Source: Eledone cirrhosa (taxonomy: Eukaryota). From it: a stretch of DNA of 64,000 nucleotides. The stretch spans positions 33,728,001 to 33,792,000 of the forward strand of contig OZ024745.1 of NCBI GenBank assembly GCA_964016885.1. Reading direction: 5' to 3'. The position numbers were made by a program, and so were the translations under genes. The stretch's first letter is position 1; each line of letters opens with the position of its first letter. Positions 26,900 through 38,279 of the stretch are shown piece by piece. The notes under the pieces are model-generated. The model was given only the letters and a program-made list of their open reading frames with translations, was not told the DNA's origin and made no database searches.

Positions 26900-28245
26900 C
26901 CGGATGTTTCCATCGCTATGGGTTCGATGGTAGAAACAATAAGCTAAATATACTGTTCGTTAAAGATACTAAATCCACTTCCCGTAGCTCCAACATTAAA
27001 GATACAATGCTTGTAAAAGACACCCCACCAGAGGAGATAAAAGATGCTAGATATCCTATATGATAAATTTAAAAGAAAACAGGAAGAACTAGAGCATGGT
27101 TACTGCTAATACAGTGAACAAAAACAATATTAAATCAACGACATAGTAGTGGAAACCGTTCTAAATTAATTAGCAATTAGAACATCCCCAGGAAAAGAAT
27201 ATTGGTAAAAGATCTGGTCTACTATTTCTTAGATGTGGTAACCCTGTATGGAAAAATCACGAGGGTACTTTAGATTTGCTGAAATGGCAGTCAATTGTTC
27301 TTATTTTCCTCTTTAAAAAAATAGCCACATCCCCCAGCTAAAGATTGCCTCTCAGTAATCAGTATATCATGTATAGGATATACACTAGAGGTTATAATCT
27401 GTTCTTACATAATGATATATCACGAACAAAATTATAACATTTGTGGAAACTGGAGAAAAGAAGGAAGTATGAGGTTGTATAGAGCAGCTACTTAATGACT
27501 AAACGATTCGAAAAGAAACAGTAAATAACTGCAGGAACGAGGCTTTTGTATGATTAGACTACCGGTAGGCCTCTAATATTATACTATATAAGTGGATTGT
27601 TAAACTGTGCAATTTCAAGAAGGCATCCTGCATGGCAGTAGCTTTTGAGCACTATCCTTTATTCTCTCGTTAAACCTGTTATTGTATCTGTTCACACAAT
27701 TTATTGGTCATAGAAATAGATAAAGCTTAAGGGGATATTTTATATATATAGTTAAGTGTATATATAACGTTCAAAACTTAATTGAATGAGAATTCAATAC
27801 TTGTGAATTTCTTAGAGTATAATATTTTTCTTCGGAAAATATATAGAAAGAGATACTCCGAATCTTGAAACATTTCACTCATTGTTTTTGTAGACAACGT
27901 GAAAGTGTATAGGACAAGTATTAACCATTACTAAATATCCCATTATTAAATATTCCATAGAAATTGGAATGAGATTAGGTGAGGTCTCCAAATGTGAATT
28001 TTTGTGTTAAAATGAGAAAAATCCTAAAATTAAATGGTATTTCAATGAATCATATACAGCCAGGTGATAACTACAAATATCTTGGTCAAAATGGTAATGT
28101 CTGTTATGATAAACCTTTTTAGAAAGAGTGAGCAAGAAATACATTTCTTAAGAGAATAAAAAAAAAAATGACAATCCAAGCTCTTAGTCTATACTGACTC
28201 ACAGATTTGGCATATTGATTGGTCTTTACAAGAACGTATTGAAGT
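26900..28245 (+). pseudogene. Highly decayed R4/Dong-like LINE RT remnant
   Basis: Fragments GILHGSSF*ALSFILSLNL, FVDNVKVY, EIGMRLG, YKYLGQ match the GIFQGDSLSPL.F, MDDLKLY, DIGM.FG, YKYLG motifs. Confidence 0.6.
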
Positions 28246-28347
28246 AGATAAGGCGGTCGATTTGGCAGAGTTGTTCAATATTTTTTATGATCTCTCTATT
28301 CTCAGTTCAAATACCGCCGGGCTTTACTTTATCTTTCATCCTTTACA

Positions 28348-28684
28348 AAGGGGTTCTCAACCTTTTTTTGCTGTGGACCACCAAAATAAGTAATTTTTTC
28401 CTGTGGACCACCTAAACTTTAAAATCTTTTGTAATAGAACTGCTACTTATAAGCATCAGTAGATGTTTTTTTTCACTGAATTAGAAAATGCTATTATCAT
28501 GTCGCAGTGCCTAAAAATCTACGCAAATAAACAGCTGAAGTCGTACTTATGCAAAAAATAAGAACTCCGCTTTAAGTCAAATGCATGGATCAAAAAAGAA
28601 TTTGCTATTGAAAATTTTCTGTGGACCACCTGAATTTTCCTGTGGACCACTAGTGGTCCACATGGACCAGGTTGAGAACCCCTG
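28348..28684. mobile_element. hAT (Charlie-like) MITE inserted in a decayed SINE family 1 copy
   Basis: TIR AGGGGTTCTCAACCT / AGGTTGAGAACCCCTG, subterminal GTGGACCAC repeats, CTTTACA flanking both ends. Confidence 0.82.
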
Positions 28685-29477
28685 CTTTACATATTGATAA
28701 AGAAAGTACTATGCCGGTGCTAGTCTAGTCCTCTCTCCTTCCAGCTGTCACATACACTGGATGTTCAGCTGGATCAAGTGAGGGAGAGGGTCGATAGGTT
28801 TTTTACATCTGCTCGCGACTGCATGGACATTTAAAACTCTTAGCGAAAACAGGGTACACACTACCGAGTTATACTCGATTGCGAGTGGCGTGTCTGTCCC
28901 TCCCCTTCTCATTCTTTTGTTGCTTTATCCTTCTTTCTTTTTCTTCGTTTCATTTTCTTTTTTTTCTTCTCTTTTCTGTTCCCTTTTGTAGAGTATTTTG
29001 TTTTTATTACATACTGCTCTTTTATTTTTATATAATGTCATCTACTTAAATACTGGTTGATCTCAACCTTAACCCATTCTCTATCACTATAATCTCAGCA
29101 TCAATTGAAAAATGTTTATGACGCTCCGTACTCTGCTGTGAGTATAAATAACGATTAGAAACAAAACCCCCCAAAATAACCACCCAAAGCATTGAGACCC
29201 ATGAATCTAAAGTACATTGGTGAAAACCTAAAAATATATAGAGCAACCAAATTAAAACAACACATTTAATCCAATATTGTTGTTCGGGATCACACAATAA
29301 AAAAAAAAACATGCGCTGTTGTGAAGGTCAGTTTATCGCATGATGAAAATGTGGTAACCCCCCCCCCCCCCAAAAAAAAAAACACACACACCCCCACCAA
29401 CATTACTGGATCAACGGTTTACAATGTCTAAAATACATTTCCGTCCCTGTACACGTGTTTATCTGGAATGACGGGTA

Positions 29478-29700
29478 AATGGCAGAACCGTTAGGACGTC
29501 GGAAAAAAATTGCTCCGGTAATATGTTTCTGCACATTGCGCTGAGTTCAAATCCCACCGAGATCAACGTTTTGCATTTCATCCTTTCGATGTTAATAAAT
29601 AAACTAGAAAAGTCCTCCAGTTGAATCGATTCTTCCTCCACCTCTCTTTATCTCTAAACTCTCTCAGGAAGAAATCGGTTGTGTTCAGATCTGGATGTGT
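29478..29700 (+). mobile_element. SINE family 1 long variant (CT-rich linker + GGAAGAAATCGGCTGT tail)
   Basis: Same architecture at 54515-54840, 55540-55780, 61818-62050 and 23650-23850 (-). Confidence 0.6.
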
Positions 29701-29917
29701 TAGGGCAGTGACCCCAACGGCACCACCAGGAGTTAAGTGCTCTTTACCCTCATCTTATTAATTGGAATGACAGGATATAATATATCAGCCTGTTTGGATT
29801 AAAGTATAGTTGAATTTTTTAACATTCACTGCCCTTAATTTTAACATTGACATGTATGTATGTATGTATGTATGTATGTATGTATGTATGTATGTATGTA
29901 TGTATGTATGTATGTAT

Positions 29918-30331
29918 CCGGGAGAGATGACCCCTTAGCCTTTGTCAAGGCAGAATTGTAGGAGAAGGAAAACTCTGATATAACACCTGCAACTCTGATG
30001 GTATCCAATGATGTTGACTTGTTCTTCTTTTTGGTAAATATCATCTTGGTTAAGAGAGTGGGACTGGCTTTGTGCAGTGCCTTTGCTCACTATAAAAGCT
30101 TCACGGCACAGGCATTGCTTTATATCTGGAGATCTCTCTGCACTTGTCGTCACATGGTACCATGGGCCCAGCACTATGTGTCAATAATTGTCACAAGTGT
30201 AGTGTTTGTACCAGAGTTTTCGAGGCGCTGGCTGGACTAAAAAGTCACACTCGTTCAGCGCATCGGTAGGGGTTCTTCTACATGGATATAAAGTAGTGGC
30301 CGTACTCGAAAACGAGTTGGCAGCCACCATG
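29918..30331 (+). mobile_element. Non-autonomous RTE-derived element, 5'-truncated copy 3
   Basis: Matches 5339-5752; flanked on both sides by (TATG)n. Confidence 0.85.
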
Positions 30332-30463
30332 TATGTATGTATGTATGTATGTATGTATGTATGTATGTATGTATGTATGTATGTATGTATGTATGTGTGT
30401 GTGCATAAATATGTATGTATCTATATATATATATGTGTGTGTATATATATATTAATATGTATG

Positions 30464-30499
<36 letters not shown>

Positions 30500-30880
30500 G
30501 TAATAGTAATATTTATATTTATATATGTTTAATATAACTATAAATATGGAGGGTTGTACTAAGTACTAGACGGTTACCGGTATGACAAAAGGCTCAATGC
30601 AAATTTTCACGTGTTTTACAGAGCCGAGATACAAAGTGTTAAAACGATCAAATTTTAGTTTAGAACATTTATTAGCTGACAATTGTTTCTTCCAGAGGGA
30701 AGTCTGGATTTATCGGAGCATAAGGAATGTCGAAACATGTTACTAAAATCTCAGTCATTTAGAACATTTAGGGTACATAATTTTTATTAGTGTCAAAAGC
30801 ACCATGTGGAGAGTCAGGAGTTAAAAAGATGTTCTGCTTGAAAGAACACAATTACAGGTAGCACTGGTTGGAAGTGTAAT

Positions 30881-30941
<61 letters not shown>

Positions 30942-31024
30942 CACACACACACACACACACACAGACATGTATATATATATATATATATATTGGAAAATAT
31001 GTGTAATCCTTAGTACAGTTAGGT

Positions 31025-32765
31025 ATATTAAGACAGGGGGGAAGAAAAAATGGCTTCACTTGTGCTTTCAACAAATTTATTTTCTTCACAAAATCCCAAA
31101 AGAATTTTTTTCCGGATTAAAAAAAAAAAAAAAAAATTTTATAAATTAAGTTAGGTCTTAGGAGTTCTTGGTTAACGTAGGAGGTATTGTTTCGATTTTA
31201 GTAGGTCTGTTTGACTTCTGTTCCAGAAGATGAAGCAGTCATCTAGGTAACGTTTCCAGTTTTTATTAATGTAGAAGGCGAAGTCGTGACTGAATGTTAT
31301 CTGTAGTTGGGAATATAATTTTGCCTCTAAGTGACCCATAACGAGCGTTGCATATGTAGGGGTCACTTTGGTACCCATGGCTGTTCCTTTTATTTGTAGA
31401 TAAAGTTCGTTGTCAAAGAGGAAGTGGTTGTTTTCCAATACTAATTTAAGTCCTTCCAAGATGAATTCTTTGGGGAATCTTTCTGAAATGTGACTTGAGT
31501 GTTTTGTAATCCAGAAGTCCACAGCTTCAATCCCTAGGTCGTGTGGGATGTTAGTGTACAGGCTTATTACATCAAAACTGACTAGGATTGTATCCTGGTG
31601 TACTTTTTGGGGGATATAGTTAAGGAATTCCATATCATCTCTGATGTAGCTTGGAACTTTTTTACATAGGGGTTTGAGTATGATATCTAATAGGTTGCTA
31701 AGACGTTGTGTGCTTGAGGCTGGGCCAGCAATAATGGGGCGTAATTTTAAGTCTGTCGGTTTTGGTGCTTCGATGTATGATGTATTTTTCCCTTTTATGT
31801 TGTTTTGGATTTCTATGGATTTGTGAATTTTTGGTAATCCATAGAAATTGCTGGTTTTCATTTCGAAGTTGGTTAGGCAATCTACTTCTTTTGGTGTTAG
31901 GTTGTTTTGGTACTTTGTTGTTAGTTTGCCTATTTGGTTCCTCGATTTCCTTTCTTCGTTTTTAGTGATTTTCCTGTAGAAGCTTTCGTCATTCAAGTGT
32001 GCTAGAACCATATCTTTGTAGTGGTTTGTGTCCATGATGACGATTGCTCCACCTTTGTCCGCTTCTTTTATTATTATTGAGGAATCCCTTTGTAGCTTGT
32101 TCAATGCTAGTAGTTGGTCTGTAGGGATGTTGCGTTTGTGTTTCGTCTCGGCCGTATTTGTACGTGCTGATCGGCGAAGGCAGGTTATGTATTCCTCCAG
32201 GTATTTATCTCTATTTAGCGGGGGTGTGAAGTTCTTTTTGTTTTTCACCAGTGATTCTTCCTCGTATTGTACACCCTGGAAGAATTCTCCTAAGCGTAAT
32301 TTTCGACAGTATTCTTCTGTGTCTTTTATAACATCGGCTGTATCTGCTTCCGGGGCAGGCCGCACTTGCTACATTTCTCCCCACCCAACCCTACTCACCG
32401 TCTCAACTCATTACTGCTATTAACACTTTTTCAACACACCTACACCCATACACTTATTAAAAAGGGGGAGAAAAAACCCCCACCACACCACAGACATGTC
32501 AAATCCCTATATATAGAACAACACACCACATACACATCAGTTTGACAAGCGCACCTCAGCGTGAAAGGTCGTTCTAAAAACGAAACAATACCTCCTACGT
32601 TAACCAAGAACTCCTAAGACCTAACTTAATTTATAAAATAATTTTTTTTAAGAAAAAAAAAAAAAAAAATTTTTTTCTAATCCGGAAAAAAATTCGTTTA
32701 GGATTTTGTGAAGAAAATAAATTTGTTGAAAGCACAAGTGAAGCTATTTTTTCTTCCCCCCTGTC

Positions 32766-32773
<8 letters not shown>
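31025..32773 (-). mobile_element. Internally deleted Penelope-like element with inverted termini
   Basis: 31025-31200 is the reverse complement of 32575-32773, an RT fragment lies between, and TA runs lie at or near both ends. Confidence 0.85.
31172..32365 (-). pseudogene. PLE reverse transcriptase fragment (no thumb, no endonuclease)
   Basis: IIKEADKGGAIVIMD, FYGLPKIHK, LRPII, SFDVISLYTNIP, GTAMGT, WKRYLDD. Runs into the terminal repeat shortly after the YLDD motif. Confidence 0.9.
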
Positions 32774-32811
<38 letters not shown>

Positions 32812-32849
32812 ATATTAATAAATGGAAACAATATTTATAAAACCATATT

Positions 32850-32915
32850 TATTTTATTATACATATTTCAAGGGTAACCACGGCAAATTATGGTGCGCTT
32901 TCATCAGATAAAATA
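32850..32915 (-). ncRNA. Minimal type I hammerhead ribozyme in module ~32810-33075
   Basis: Minus: TATTTTAT-CTGATGA-[aagcgcaccat/gtggttaccctt]-GAAA-TATGTA-TA-ATAAAATA. Confidence 0.82.
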
Positions 32916-33074
32916 CAGATTTGTTTCATAAATAAATATTGACATACCCGGAAAAAAGACAACCTTAACGGTTGGAGCTTCCTGGATAGACAATATCTTC
33001 TTCTTGCTTTGGCTGCCTTGAAATATGTATAATTTTTAAGCTTGTTGAATCCCAACAAATTAAATATAACCTCT

Positions 33075-33138
<64 letters not shown>

Positions 33139-33264
33139 TTATATATGCACTCAAACCTTTCCGATAAACAGACCTTTCTTTCTCTATTACCAACCAGTCA
33201 CTTCTTTATACAAAGAAGTAAGAGAATCATAAAAGGAACCGAACACATAAGTACATTATATATA

Positions 33265-33350
33265 CTGCAGAAAAACCGCCTTTCGGGCGGTTTTTCTGCT
33301 AGCATATGTAGTGTGCATATTGGTATTATACGCAAATATATATGCATATA
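33265..33350 (-). mobile_element. Helitron family A 3' end fragment
   Basis: GCAGAAAAACCGCCTTTCGGGCGGTTTTTCTGCTAG hairpin plus adjacent family sequence. Confidence 0.7.
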
Positions 33351-33388
33351 TATATATAGTTATGTAATAAACAACATAAGATAATTAA

Positions 33389-33449
33389 TTCATTTACCAA
33401 TGGTTTCTTGAAGGCAGATGTTGTGTCTGTCTTCAGTCGTCAGAATGGA
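33389..33449 (-). ncRNA. Hammerhead ribozyme, left arm of palindrome 33357-33570
   Basis: Minus: TCCATT-CTGACGA-[ctgaagacaga/tctgccttcaa]-GAAA-CCATTGG-TA-AATGAA. Confidence 0.78.
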
Positions 33450-33477
33450 TAAATAACAACTGCTAAGATGTTATTTA

Positions 33478-33538
33478 TTCATTCTGACGACTGAAGACAG
33501 ACACAACATCTGCCTTCAAGAAACCACTGGTAAATGAA
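33478..33538 (+). ncRNA. Hammerhead ribozyme, right arm of palindrome 33357-33570
   Basis: TTCATT-CTGACGA-[ctgaagacaga/tctgccttcaa]-GAAA-CCACTGG-TA-AATGAA. Confidence 0.82.
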
Positions 33539-33636
33539 ATAATTATCTTATTTTGTTTATTACATAACTAATAAGCTCTGTAGCCTACATAGAGCACTCT
33601 TTTTTCTTGTACCTTTCCGACGGAAATACTTCATTC

Positions 33637-33750
<114 letters not shown>

Positions 33751-34046
33751 ATATATATATATATGTAGGAGGTGAGTTTTATTGTAGCACAATAAAGCAA
33801 TGTAAATATCGGATAAGTAACACTCTACAGTTTGTAGGACTGGAGTATAAATAATATAAGATCAAAAGATGGTTAAAAGAGTTCTATGTGCATGTCTTGT
33901 GCACACTTAAGTGTAAGCGTGCACGTGTGTGTGAGCATATGTATGTCTGTGTATACGTTCGTGTATAGGCAGATGTGTGTATGTATGTATGTATACGAAT
34001 GTTTGTATGTGTTTGTGTGGATATATATATGTGTGTGTGTGTATAT

Positions 34047-34078
<32 letters not shown>

Positions 34079-34148
34079 CTCAAGGTTTAGCAAATAAGAA
34101 AAAGTTTCAAAATAAATTTAAAAAAATTAACTTTATTCACTATGGTTA

Positions 34149-34232
34149 CCTTTACCGAATCGGTTTCGAGTCTCAAAAAATAATGTACAGTCCTTATGGC
34201 ATCCATTGCAAAGAAAAACTCTCGTCAGAAGG
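34149..34232 (-). ncRNA. Type I hammerhead ribozyme with long stem II
   Basis: Minus: CCTT-CTGACGA-GAGTTT...AGACTC-GAAA-CCGATTCGG-TA-AAGG. Confidence 0.82.
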
Positions 34233-34270
34233 ATCTTTTCACTCGGAGAATATAAAATTCCCGAGTTCAA

Positions 34271-34644
34271 ATTACAAACTGGCGCTATTCAAAATTGTTC
34301 CCGAGATGAGAATAAATGATGTGGGTGCAATTCCTTCAAGTGCCGTGTGTAAAGATAGAAGCAAAGGCAGGGAGGTCAGTCTACTACCACTATAACTAGC
34401 AGCAGTCAGAACGACCAAATTTTTTTCTCGACCAAGAGGAGTATAATAATAAAGTATATATCCCTACACGCACAAAGCGCTTAGGGACACATGTATTGTC
34501 CAACCATATGCCAATGTGGTTCAATGGCAGGTTAATAAATTAACTAGCCAGAACATATATAATCAAGGTTTAGCAAATAAGAAAAAGTTTCAAAATAAAA
34601 AAAAAATAAAAATTTTAAATAAATAAAAAAAAATTAACTTTACT

Positions 34645-34723
<79 letters not shown>

Positions 34724-34969
34724 TATTGAAGTTTCCGTTGAAAATTGAAAAAGTCATAGGAGTGAAGAGTGCTCTATGTAAGTACCAGAGCAAAATTTAA
34801 TGTATAATAAACAATACAATATAATTACCTCATTACCAGATGTTTCCCGAATAAGACGAATACGAAAAAAACGTCTTCATTCATTGTCCGACGAACGAAT
34901 GAGGACGTGTTTTTCGTATTTGTCTTATTCGGGAAACCTCTGGTAATGAGGTAATTATATTGTATTGTT

Positions 34970-35019
<50 letters not shown>

Positions 35020-35393
35020 AGTAAAGTTAATTTTTTTTTATTTATTTAAAATTTTTATTTTTTTTTTATTTTGAAACTTTTTCTTATTTGCTAAACCTTG
35101 ATTATATATGTTCTGGCTAGTTAATTTATTAACCTGCCATTGAACCACATTGGCATATGGTTGGACAATACATGTGTCCCTAAGCGCTTTGTGCGTGTAG
35201 GGATATATACTTTATTATTATTCTCCTCTTGGTCGAGAAAAAAATTTGGTCGTTCTGACTGCTGCTAGTTATAGTGGTAGTAGACTGACCTCCCTGCCTT
35301 TGCTTCTATCTTTACACACGGCACTTGAAGGAATTGCACCCACATCATTTATTCTCATCTCGGGAACAATTTTGAATAGCGCCAGTTTGTAAT
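34271..35393. repeat. Large inverted duplication (~380-bp arms) enclosing an inner palindrome
   Basis: 34271-34650 is the near-perfect reverse complement of ~35012-35393; inner palindrome at 34803-34976. Confidence 0.9.
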
Positions 35394-35559
35394 ATATATA
35401 TATATATAATATAAGATCAAAAGATGGTTAAAAGAGTATTTTATTATGCGCATATGAAGGTAAAAAAACACTTGTGAATAGTGAAGTTTTAAATCAACAT
35501 ATGTTGATTTAAAACTTTACTATTCACAAGGGTTTTTTAACCTTCATATCATGTATCCC

Positions 35560-35630
35560 TATTTTATCTGATGAAAACGCAGATATCATCTCATGATGAT
35601 ATTTGTTTTTGAAATGCGCATAATAAAATA
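35560..35630 (+). ncRNA. Minimal type I hammerhead ribozyme in fold-back module 35408-35667
   Basis: TATTTTAT-CTGATGA-[aaacgcagatatcatc/gatgatatttgttttt]-GAAA-TGCGCA-TA-ATAAAATA; stem III is the perfect palindrome ATGCGCAT. Confidence 0.9.
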
Positions 35631-35660
35631 CTTGGAACTCTTTTAACCATCTTTTGATCT

Positions 35661-35733
<73 letters not shown>

Positions 35734-36131
35734 TATATCCACACAAACACATACAAACATGTGTATACATACATACACACATCAGCCTATACACGCACGT
35801 ATACACAGACATACATATGCTCACACACACGTGCACGCTTACACTTAAGTGTGCACATAGACGTAATCGTAAAGATATATATATGTATACACACAAACAT
35901 GCATGCGGATACATAACCGCACACATACGTATAAGTATGAAACCACACGTATACGTACATATATACAAAACACTGCACACACACACATGCATAAAATCTA
36001 ACTGGGAAAGTAGCTAGGGGAACAGATCTGGAAATAAATAAAATACAAAACAAATAAAAATATAAAAAAGACACAAAGGGAAGGGTTGACAACGAAAGGG
36101 GGAAAGATATAATAAATATATATATATAAGG

Positions 36132-36263
36132 ATCGATCGACTTTCGTCAAATTGGACCGAAGAAACAATGTTTTCGTCGGTCTTTCCAGTTGCTAATACT
36201 ATCTATCGGTCGCAACTCCAGGTAGAAGGAGCAACGTGAAATAAAGTGTCTTGCTCAAGGACA
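36132..36263 (-). mobile_element. SINE family 2, 3' portion
   Basis: Matches 3240-3366. Confidence 0.7.
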
Positions 36264-36499
36264 TATATATATGCATATAGATATATGTAAGTTGAAAAGT
36301 AAATTGACAATATCTTCTTCTTCACCCACTTATTTCTGAGAGGGTCGTGGGGGCAGTTTCCCTTTCCTTTGTATATATTATATTTGTTAGTGTTTTCGTT
36401 CTGTAACCATTATATTAAATGAGTTTAAAAAAAAAAGACTTAATAAATAAATAAAACGTTATACTTGTATTACCCTCCCATTTCCACTTCACCGAACGA

Positions 36500-36850
36500 T
36501 GTATGTGTGTGTTTGTGTAAATGTATATGTGTGAATGTATGTATATTTGTGTGAGAGTATGTGTGAATGTATGTATGTTTGTGTAAATTTATATGTGTGA
36601 ATGTATGTATATTTGTGTGAAAGTATGTGTGAATGTATGTATGTTTGTGTAAATGTATATGTGTGAATGTATGTATATTTGTGTGAAAGTATGTGTGAAT
36701 GTATATATGTTTGTGTGAAAGTATGTATGAATGTATGTATGTTTGTGTGGAAGTATGTGTGAATGTATATATGTTTGTGTGGAAGTATGTGTGAAAGTAT
36801 GTGTGAATGTATGTATATTTGTGTGAAAGTATGTGTATTTGTGTGAATTA
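36500..36850. repeat. Minisatellite of ATGTGTGAATGTATGTAT(A/G)TTTGTGT(G)AAAGT-type units
   Basis: Direct reading. Confidence 0.85.
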
Positions 36851-36964
36851 TGTCCGTGAGCGTCTATTTATATAAGTTTGTGTTTGCGCGATTATAGTTA
36901 TATACTCATAATAGTACGTCGTTAATGTGGATATAAGTTGTAACGATGAAAGAATGGTATTTAA

Positions 36965-37961
36965 CTAATGTATTGGTACGCGATGGGGCCCACCCACAGT
37001 CCCAGCGGACAGAATGGAGAAGGCGTTTCCCCGGAGGACGGCAAGGGAGACGCGCTGGAAAAGCCACTCCAAATCGCGGGGCTCACACCTGCGGCTGGCC
37101 AGCTCATCGCCTATGGTGGTGAGTAAGGAGGTAGCCCTGGAGCCGAGGACACCAGAAGTTTCCACTGCCAGGGGAACGACCGCAAACCTGTCGGAGAGCG
37201 ACCGGTATTTGAGGAGTTTGGCCCCATCAGCAGAACCTGGGTCAGTCGCAGGCTGCACCCGGTTGCGGCTGCAGAAAGTGTCGGTGCAAGTGGCATCCCA
37301 GACGAGGGGTTTGCCACCGCGGAACGGGAAGATGGTCATGTCATCTGGCCTTTTGCCGTCCCCTCGATCCAGCCCCACCGGCTCGAGCTTGGAAGGGAAG
37401 CCTGCAGCGTCCAAGCCATGCTTAATGACCTCGTTGAGGGCAGTATGGCGTGGAATGCGGCCGGCACTGTGGCGAAAGGAAAGCGGGTGGAGGCCGAAAG
37501 AGTCCACGGTAGAACCGCAGCGACATTGGTGTGGCTGGCAGATCCGGAGGCCGAGCCTCAGGGAAACGCCGATTCGCAGGCTATGGTTGTCTAGCTGCGT
37601 GCCAGTGGAGAAGGAGGGCAGAGCATGGAGCCAGGCACCACTGTGGAGTTTGGAGGCCGCACGAAAACAAGCAAGGCGGTTCTGGTCGAGCTGGCGCGTG
37701 AGCCTGTCTGAGGCCAGGCTGAACTGGATGGCATCCCAAGTGCGTTGGGGGGACTTGACGTCAACAGGGGAAGAAGGAGGAGGGACGTCTACTGCGCTAA
37801 GTCCTAGCCGGTCCCACGTCTCACAGGCGGCCTCACGTTCTCTGAACACAGAGGCTTCTGTTGTGTTTTGAAGAACCCTGCTGACGAGGACGCGGCACGA
37901 GGTTACCGACGAAAGATACGCCGGCAAAGCTAGTGAGATCGGGGATCGGAGGCCTAGGCCG
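36965..37961 (-). pseudogene. C-terminal part of CRE-type ORF: zinc knuckle + restriction-like endonuclease
   Basis: HSGAWLHALP, LRLGL, CRCG...H, RHTALN, KRPDD...WDATC, KLLKY, PLAVETSGVLG. Confidence 0.9.
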
Positions 37962-38279
37962 ACAAGCTGCTCAGTTGCTCGCATGTGTGCGTGCTGAACT
38001 CTGGGTCTTTCCGCTGGGAAAACCCCTTGTTCGCCCTCCCCCCTTTTTGTGTACTTCCATCCATTCACTCATTCATTTACTGCCATTCTACCTTCCTGTG
38101 TCTCCCCCTCCATGCAGCCCCTTTTCGCTCTCGTTTTCTGGCACCTCCATATATATAGGTGAACTATGCTGCCCTCTTACCAGCACTTTCCCTTCCACCC
38201 ACACACACCAGCCACCCACCCCTGATGCCGCTCGGTTCCCCAGTCCCCGGCCCCACGCCCCATCCCCACCCATCCAAAT

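Noticed and set aside
32538-32580. Possible U3-A8 variant hammerhead TTGACAA-gcgc/gcgt-GAAA in the PLE terminal region
   Set aside because: Stems I and III could not be paired convincingly; a covariance-model test is needed.
36500-36850. CRISPR-like regular repeat
   Set aside because: No unique spacers, eukaryotic context; it is a minisatellite.
37014-37871. 285-aa plus-strand ORF
   Set aside because: Antisense shadow of the GC-rich RLE coding region.
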